Shown in pieces: positions 54,045 through 60,018 of a DNA stretch of 60,018 nt. The position numbers and the translations under genes are program-made. The first letter of the stretch is position 1. Each line of letters starts with the position of its first letter. Source of the DNA: an uncultured Verrucomicrobiota bacterium (GTDB taxonomy: Bacteria > Verrucomicrobiota > Verrucomicrobiia > Palsa-1439). The notes under the pieces were generated by a model. That model saw only the letters and a program-made list of their open reading frames with translations. It ran no database searches and was not told where the DNA came from. Where the stretch lies: positions 1-60,018 of the forward strand of contig CAIKAP010000117.1 in NCBI GenBank assembly GCA_903825435.1, in the 5' to 3' direction.

Positions 54045-54488
54045 TTACGGCACAGCATGGGGGTTGTTAATGTCGCACCCCTTGCTCTTAAGTTCTTCCT
54101 GTGCTGTTTGCCGATCCACTAAGACCGGATGAATGCCTTTCCCGAACGCTGAGTCATCGACATCGAATCTGATGAATACTTGCTGATCCTTTTTAAGCGT
54201 GAACTCTATTTTCTGGTTCCCGCCGCCAACGCGGACAATGTGCCGACCCACACAAACATCCTTGCAGTAATACCGGTCTGGTCTAATCTGGCCGCTCCAT
54301 CTGCCATCGAGGATCCAGTCCTGCCACAAACCGGGAGTACTGCGAGATGCGGTCCGATAAACGTACACTCGCCCGGTATCGGATGAAGAAGTGGAAGGTT
54401 GGTAGTTCTTCGGATCATCAACAGTGATGCATCCTGCCAAGAAAACGAGCCCGATCAGGGCATTGCAATGTTTTTGACACGAAATCAT
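54045..54488 (-). CDS. Lipoprotein, DUF2846-like
   Basis: FLAGC lipobox, GRVYVYR, GRHIVRV, QQVFIR; GAGGTAAGGA upstream. Confidence 0.75.
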   Translation of the reverse strand: MISCQKHCNALIGLVFLAGCITVDDPKNYQPSTSSSDTGRVYVYRTASRSTPGLWQDWILDGRWSGQIRPDRYYCKDVCVGRHIVRVGGGNQKIEFTLKKDQQVFIRFDVDDSAFGKGIHPVLVDRQTAQEELKSKGCDINNPHAVP

Positions 54489-54575
54489 TCCTTACCTCAC
54501 TTCAGTAGTTGCTGTACCATTTGCATGCGTTCTAACATTGTTGTTCAATGAGACTCGTGGGCGGCATCCTGAGAT

Positions 54576-54609
54576 TTAACCCCCTTCGCAAAACCGAATT
54601 CCTATCAGT
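54576..54609 (+). repeat. 34-bp ori-like direct repeat R3
   Basis: TTAACCCCCTTCGCAAAACCGAATTCCTATCAGT. Confidence 0.92.
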
Positions 54610-54611
54610 TT

Positions 54612-55766
54612 TCACGGATAACGGCGCGCTTGGAGTATCTCCAGCGAGGTCAGGCTGTACGCGGTGCAGAGAACGGGGTCGTTCTCCCACCAACGGTTGT
54701 TCTCGTTCTGCCAGAAACCGTCAGACTTCTGGAGCGAGACGAACTTCTTCATCAACTCATACCGCCAGTCGTGTTTCTTCCCCTTGGCATCGGTAAAGGT
54801 GTCATCGCCGTACACCGTCAACGACTTGGTGACAGTGTGGTAGTAGTAATATAGTCCCTGAGGTCCCATGCCGGGATTATCGTCGAGCGTGTAGTTGCGC
54901 TGGAGCCATTCCACCGCCGCTTTCACGCGCGGGTCGTCCTTCTTCAATTCCGCGTAGATGTAGCTCTTCAACCCCGCGTAGCTCATCGAGCCGTAGCTGC
55001 GCAACGGCGTCTTCTCGTCCGACGGCGGTGCCTCGTCGGCAAAACTCATCCCCGGCATGTACACGAACCCGCCAGCGTCGGCTTCGCGGACGTTCTTGGC
55101 CCACGGCTGGTCGTTGCTGGCAGGAAGGTTCTGGCAACGCTGAAGGAACTGGACGGCCTTGCTCCAATGCAACCGCGACCCGGTGTGCGGCGAGTCATCG
55201 CCAGCACGAGTCTCCAGCGACTCCGTCAGTCGGATCGCTTCCAGCGCCCACTGCGTGTTCGACAAATCCGGCCGCTCCCGTTTACCGTAGCCGATGCCGC
55301 CGTAGCTCGTGTCGGATTCCTTGACGTTCTCGCCCGCGTCAAACTGCGAGTCCAACAGGAACCGTCGGGCGCGCTTGATCGTGTCGGTCAGCTCCGTCCT
55401 GCCGGTGGCCAGCAACGCCATCGTACAGATCGCCGTTGAGTAATTCGGATACTTGTCGGTCTCACCGCCGCCGTAGATGGCGCCGTTGGACTTGACGTTG
55501 CTGAGCAGGAACTTCACCGCCCGGTCCATCGCGCCCTGCGGCGGTTTCTCGCTGCGCGCTAGCGCCGTCAACGCCAGCCCCGTAATCGCCGGATGATGCC
55601 GCCACGAGCCGTCGGCCTCCTGCTGCTTGAGCATCCAGGCTGTGCCGCGTTCCTGCGCGCGCGCCACCTCCTGCAACAGTGAGATGTCCACCTGGCTCGG
55701 CAATTCTGCCGCCGCCGCGACACCGACGAACAGCGTGACCACAAGGCTGGCAATGAGGAGGCGCAT
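54612..55766 (-). CDS. Secreted prenyltransferase/squalene-cyclase (QW) repeat protein
   Basis: Signal peptide, WMLKQQEADGSW, PDLSNTQWA, FLQRCQN, YGSMSYAGLKS, LQKSDGFW. Confidence 0.88.
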   Translation of the reverse strand: MRLLIASLVVTLFVGVAAAAELPSQVDISLLQEVARAQERGTAWMLKQQEADGSWRHHPAITGLALTALARSEKPPQGAMDRAVKFLLSNVKSNGAIYGGGETDKYPNYSTAICTMALLATGRTELTDTIKRARRFLLDSQFDAGENVKESDTSYGGIGYGKRERPDLSNTQWALEAIRLTESLETRAGDDSPHTGSRLHWSKAVQFLQRCQNLPASNDQPWAKNVREADAGGFVYMPGMSFADEAPPSDEKTPLRSYGSMSYAGLKSYIYAELKKDDPRVKAAVEWLQRNYTLDDNPGMGPQGLYYYYHTVTKSLTVYGDDTFTDAKGKKHDWRYELMKKFVSLQKSDGFWQNENNRWWENDPVLCTAYSLTSLEILQARRYP

Positions 55767-55768
55767 GG

Positions 55769-56239
55769 TCAGGACTTGGTTTGTTCAGCGAGATAGTTCT
55801 GAAGGCCGAGTTGTTCGATCTGGGTCAGTTGTGTTTCGATCCAGTCGAGGTGGTCTTCCTCGTCCTTGAGGAGCGATTTGAACAGTTCGACAGTGCCGTT
55901 GTCGCCCAGTTCGGCGGCGAGGCGGATGTCGGCATTGTAGTCCTTGATGGCGCTGACTTCGGCGGCGCAATCGTTCTGCAACTGTTCGGGCACGTCCTTG
56001 CCGATGCGGATCGGGCTGAGACGGCTCACCGTGGGCTGGCCTTCGAGGAAGAGGATGCGACCGATGAGTTTCTCGGCATGCTTCATCTCATCAACGGCAC
56101 GTTTTTCGACGAGTTTGTGGAATTTTTCGTAGCCCCAATTGGCGCACATTTCCGAGTGCACTATGTACTGGTTAATCGCGGCCAGCTCGTCGGCCAGCCG
56201 CGCGTTCAACTGTTTCAATACCTTCTCACTGCCTTTCAT
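55769..56239 (-). CDS. bfr: Bacterioferritin
   Basis: MKG, ELAAINQY, DEMKHAEKLIGRILFLEGQP, DEEDHLDWIE, GLQNYL; AAGGGAG RBS. Confidence 0.95.
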   Translation of the reverse strand: MKGSEKVLKQLNARLADELAAINQYIVHSEMCANWGYEKFHKLVEKRAVDEMKHAEKLIGRILFLEGQPTVSRLSPIRIGKDVPEQLQNDCAAEVSAIKDYNADIRLAAELGDNGTVELFKSLLKDEEDHLDWIETQLTQIEQLGLQNYLAEQTKS

Positions 56240-56330
56240 GATGATTCTCCCTTTTTTGGTTGCCGGAACTGTAGCACCACCGCAGGCATGCCGCCAGCGG
56301 GAAAAAGGTTTTTGCGTGGTGGCCGGGCGT

Positions 56331-57443
56331 TCATGCGGCGGCGCGACAGGCCGCCGCGCGGGCGAGCAGCAATGCCTGCTCGGCAACGAGGAATTCCACC
56401 GGCGTGCGCAGGTAATGCACGGCGACAGGCTGGCACTGGCGCTGAAACACCGTTTGCTGCTTGAGCCATGCGGCGCTGGCGCGCCCGGCGGCGGGATAAC
56501 GGCCGGAAAGGGCGATGGCATCTATGCCGCCCATGGCCGCGAACGCCATACCGGATGCCTGGAGGAGACGGTAGCGGATCACGTCGCGAGCAAGTGTGTA
56601 TTTGTTTTTCGGCGCGTCAAAAAGTTCGTCGAAGGTGATGACCCGGCCGGTCAAGCCCTTGAGACCACTCTCGCGCGTGAAAAGCGTATTGAGCCGCTCG
56701 GGTCCCCAGTGGAGTTCCTCGGCCAGCAACATGACGAGGCCGGGGTCGAGGTCACCGCAGGTTGTCTGGCCAGGTAATCCCTCGATGGGGGTGACGCCAC
56801 TGGTGACGTACACCGGGCGGCCGCCATGGATTGCGGCAAGCTCCATCTGCGGTTCAAGGCAGAGCGAGAGAATGCGTGTGGCGCCGGTGCGCGCGGCATG
56901 CTGCCACGCGGCGGCGTGCAGCAGGCCGCAATAACCGAAACGGCGCAACCCGTGGGCACGCGCCAGATCGGTGTCGAGTGCATAAAGATACTCGCGCGCG
57001 GGCAGATCAGCGAAAAAGGCGGTATCGAACACCAGCACCTGCGGAACATCGGGGAACTGCGTGTCACATTGTTGCAACAGCTCCAGCAATACCGGGATGT
57101 GCAGCGGCGCGGCGGATGTCAGCGTTTCGAGCCGTCGAAGCACGTCGGCATCCACCACAACCGGTCCGTGAAATTCCGTGCCGCCGAAGGGCACGCGTAT
57201 CCCGATGGCGACCAGGGCTGCCGCCGTCTTGCGATTTGTTTGCGCGGCAGCCTGCAGGGCCTTCCGTATTTTCAACAGCGCAAGGTGGCACGCCATGGCG
57301 CCACGATAATCGCGGATCACGCCGGCGTTGTTTGGCCGCGTCAGGCGGTCCGTAAAAATGGCGTACCGGAGGGCTTCATGGCCGGGGACAAGTGTCAAAA
57401 GTTGCATGGAAGTTTCCTGTTCAAGCGGCTTGTTGTTCTTCAT
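56331..57443 (-). CDS. Degenerate acetate-kinase-like protein
   Basis: APLH, VFDTAFF, RRFGY, TPIEGL...CGDLDP and ESGL retained; NxGSSS and HRVVHGG motifs lost. Confidence 0.8.
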   Translation of the reverse strand: MKNNKPLEQETSMQLLTLVPGHEALRYAIFTDRLTRPNNAGVIRDYRGAMACHLALLKIRKALQAAAQTNRKTAAALVAIGIRVPFGGTEFHGPVVVDADVLRRLETLTSAAPLHIPVLLELLQQCDTQFPDVPQVLVFDTAFFADLPAREYLYALDTDLARAHGLRRFGYCGLLHAAAWQHAARTGATRILSLCLEPQMELAAIHGGRPVYVTSGVTPIEGLPGQTTCGDLDPGLVMLLAEELHWGPERLNTLFTRESGLKGLTGRVITFDELFDAPKNKYTLARDVIRYRLLQASGMAFAAMGGIDAIALSGRYPAAGRASAAWLKQQTVFQRQCQPVAVHYLRTPVEFLVAEQALLLARAAACRAAA

Positions 57444-58642
57444 GGGGGGGGAAGCGTGGCATAGGTCTGGCGGCCAATGGCCAGTTCCTCGTTCGTCGCC
57501 ACGACAAGGATGCGGATGTCGCTGTCCATGGTTGCGACGTCGCATGGCAGCGACAGCGGCGCCGCGTTGTGCTGGAAATCCATCCGGACACCGAAACAGT
57601 CCATGTCAGCACAGACGGCGGCGCGCACCCCCGGCATCGTTTCGCCAATGGTGTCGGTGAAGATGATCGCGTCGGCGTCGCCGACGGTTGCGAGGTAGGC
57701 GCCGAGATATTTACGGAGGCGCCAGAGATAGACCTGGCTCGTGGCGTGCCGGCGCGCCGGGTCGGTCTCGTCGGGCGCGGGCGCGGCCAGCACGTCGCGG
57801 ATGTCGCCGGAGATGCCGGAGAGTCCCAGCACGCCGCTGCTCTTGTTCAGGGTCTTTTCGAGGGCATCGGTGTCGCCGCGCGCTGCGATCAGGAGGCGCA
57901 ACGCCGACGTGGAATCGAGGTCGCCGCAGCGCGTGCTCATCACCAGCCCCTGCAGCGGTGAAAAGCCCATGGTGTTGTCCACCGACCGGCCGTCCACCAC
58001 GGCGCAAAGGCTCGCGCCGCCGCTGCCGAGGTGGCAGCTCACCGCCGAGAATTTCGCCAATGGTTTTTTCAGGAACCGCGCCGCTTCCTCGACAACGTAC
58101 TGGTGGCTCGTGCCGTGAAACCCGTATTTGCGGATGCCCAGTTTTGCCGTAAGCTTGCGTGGCAGTGCATAGGTCGCGGCGCAGGCGGGAATAGTCGCAT
58201 GGAATGCGGTGTCGAACACCGCGACCTGGGGCAGGTCGGGATAACGTTCGCGGCAGGCGGCAATCAGCGCGGTTGCGGGGGGATTGTGCAGCGGGGCCAG
58301 TTTCTGGATCGTCTGCAGGTCGCGCAGCGCGTCGTCGTCCATGATCGTCGGGCCGGAAAAACGGGTGCCGCCGTGGACGAGACGGTGGCCGAGCGCGTTC
58401 GGCCTGGGCGCGCCGGTGTGCGCTAGCAGGCGCATGATTTCGTCGAAGGCGATGGCGTGGTCCGGCATTTCGACGGTGTGGACGGTTTGCTGTCCGTCCG
58501 CATGGTGCAGGATGCGCGAGGGCTCGGCGGTGCGCGGGCCGACGCGTTGGGCCTCGCCGCCCGCCAGTTCACGAGCTTCCGGCATGGCCAGCAGGCGATA
58601 CTTCAGCGACGAACTGCCGCAATTCAACACAAGGACATTCAT
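57440..58642 (-). CDS. ackA: Acetate/propionate kinase family protein
   Basis: LVLNCGSSSLKY, GHRLVHGG, LAPLHNP, VFDTAFH, KYGFHGTSH, CHLG, TNEELAI. Confidence 0.9.
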   Translation of the reverse strand: MNVLVLNCGSSSLKYRLLAMPEARELAGGEAQRVGPRTAEPSRILHHADGQQTVHTVEMPDHAIAFDEIMRLLAHTGAPRPNALGHRLVHGGTRFSGPTIMDDDALRDLQTIQKLAPLHNPPATALIAACRERYPDLPQVAVFDTAFHATIPACAATYALPRKLTAKLGIRKYGFHGTSHQYVVEEAARFLKKPLAKFSAVSCHLGSGGASLCAVVDGRSVDNTMGFSPLQGLVMSTRCGDLDSTSALRLLIAARGDTDALEKTLNKSSGVLGLSGISGDIRDVLAAPAPDETDPARRHATSQVYLWRLRKYLGAYLATVGDADAIIFTDTIGETMPGVRAAVCADMDCFGVRMDFQHNAAPLSLPCDVATMDSDIRILVVATNEELAIGRQTYATLPPP

Positions 58643-58672
58643 GTGATTTCCCCTCCCGGTTTTTCCGGTGGC

Positions 58673-59881
58673 TCAGATTTCGTCCGCGGTCCAGCCGCAG
58701 ACCGGGATGCCGATCAGGCTGTGCGCGATGGAGGCGGTGCCGTAGATCGCAGTGTGCAGTTTTTCCAATTCGACAAACTCGCCGCGCGCATGCGCCTGTG
58801 CCTCCAGCCCAGGGCCGTAACCGATCGTCGGGATTTTGAATTCGTTGACCAGCACGCTGCCCGCGGTGCCCATGCCCAGCCGTCCGAGTTGCCACTTACC
58901 GGGCTGGCTCGCGCAACCCGCCGCCGCGAGCGCCTGCCGGGCGCGCGTCATCAGCGGATCAAACGGGTCTGTGCTCCACGCGCTTACGACGCGTCGCGCC
59001 ACCGCCGTGCGGCCGGTGTAGAGGCGTTGCGCTTCTTGTCGTACTTGCACGGCGACCTCGACCGAGCTGGAGTTGCGCGCGATCTGCCGGGTCTCGTGCG
59101 CGATTTGGTTGAGCACGCCAACCTCGTCGCCGTGCTGATGCAACCGTCGCGCGACGCGCATTGAGGCCAGCGCCACGCCACCCTGCTGGCAGCGGCCATT
59201 CTGAGCGAGGACAAAATCTTCGCCCGCAGAATCCGCGCCACCCATCACCTCGCCGAGATCACCGGCGATGCTGCGCGCAATGTCGTCCACCTGAAATGAA
59301 TTGAGACCTTCTACCTTGATGTCTATCTCCATCCAGCCATCGTGCCCGTAGTAAAGGCCAAGACCTGTCGGTTCGCCCATGATGACATAGTCCGGCTTCA
59401 ACCCCATCTCTGGCAACGTTCGTTCCATCAGGCAGCGCACACCCAGACTTAGGCCGTTTTCTTCCGCCACGGTCGCGGCCACCACTAGGTTGCCGTCCAG
59501 CGGCAGCAGGCTGTGTTTGAGCAGGTAAGCGGCATACAATTGCGCCGCCAAGCCGCTTTTGCAGTCTGCCGCACCCAGGCCGAAAAGCCGCCCGTCCTTC
59601 ACATGACACGGATGCGGATCGTCCCTGTCGGGCACAACGGTGTCGAGATGGCTGACCAATGCGAGCGTGGTATCCGCCTGCCGTCCCAGCAGCACACCGG
59701 TGACGTTGCCGCAGTCGTCGCGCACCACCGTGTGGAAACCGAGCGAGCGCATTTTCTCCTCGACCAGGTCGGCGGCCTGTTTCTCGTGAAGGCTCGTGTT
59801 GTCAATACTGACCAGCTCGCGCGCAAATTCCGTGGCGTCCGCCCTCAACCCATTCAATCGTCGTTGTAAAATATCGTACAT
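58673..59881 (-). CDS. M20-family metallohydrolase (YgeY/ArgE/DapE-like)
   Basis: SHLDTV, GLGAADCKSG, VAEENG, GEPT, GYGPG...AH. Confidence 0.88.
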   Translation of the reverse strand: MYDILQRRLNGLRADATEFARELVSIDNTSLHEKQAADLVEEKMRSLGFHTVVRDDCGNVTGVLLGRQADTTLALVSHLDTVVPDRDDPHPCHVKDGRLFGLGAADCKSGLAAQLYAAYLLKHSLLPLDGNLVVAATVAEENGLSLGVRCLMERTLPEMGLKPDYVIMGEPTGLGLYYGHDGWMEIDIKVEGLNSFQVDDIARSIAGDLGEVMGGADSAGEDFVLAQNGRCQQGGVALASMRVARRLHQHGDEVGVLNQIAHETRQIARNSSSVEVAVQVRQEAQRLYTGRTAVARRVVSAWSTDPFDPLMTRARQALAAAGCASQPGKWQLGRLGMGTAGSVLVNEFKIPTIGYGPGLEAQAHARGEFVELEKLHTAIYGTASIAHSLIGIPVCGWTADEI

Positions 59882-60018
59882 ATGACGTTCTTGCAAAACT
59901 CGCTTTTGCGGGCTTTTTCGGCGATGGATTTGAACGGGATGCAAGGGGAAGCGTCTCAGAGTTATGCATGAACTGACCGCGATCTTCCACCATCTTCAAC
60001 GCCATCTTTTCCCTACAC

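Noticed and set aside
52891-54609. Three 34-35 bp direct repeats as a CRISPR array
   Set aside because: Intervals are about 1030 and 580 bp and contain genes; no cas genes
59802-60005. 67-aa ORF at the window end
   Set aside because: Overlaps the M20 gene start, has no recognisable motif and is cut off from its upstream context

Overview
GC-rich bacterial chromosome segment; gene content and style suggest a PVC-superphylum organism, probably Verrucomicrobiota (inference). Most of it is housekeeping or metabolic: gap (partial), a two-component pair, pyrK/pyrD, a carB split in two around a PPK2 gene, a 2010-aa alpha-2-macroglobulin, ruvB, sixA, leuC, a pilT-led signalling operon, rmuC, terC, an ABC exporter, LysR-gltBD, bacterioferritin and an M20 hydrolase / double acetate-kinase operon. 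There are two accessory patches (about 26.1-30.6 kb and 52.4-54.6 kb). Main observations: (1) a 19-bp direct-repeat motif TGTTCCGG-N3-TGTTCCGG occurs 9 times at 3-8 kb intervals, on both strands, 6 times inside unrelated genes in different reading frames, implying selection on the DNA itself; (2) three tandem 34-35 bp repeats resembling an IS91 ori end bracket unrelated cargo genes, one truncated exactly at the repeat, behind an IS91 transposase remnant; (3) each carB half has its own predicted promoter; (4) a 13-unit array with strict 21-bp period; (5) many genes look leaderless. No rRNA, tRNA or CRISPR array was recognised. All calls are by eye, without database searches.
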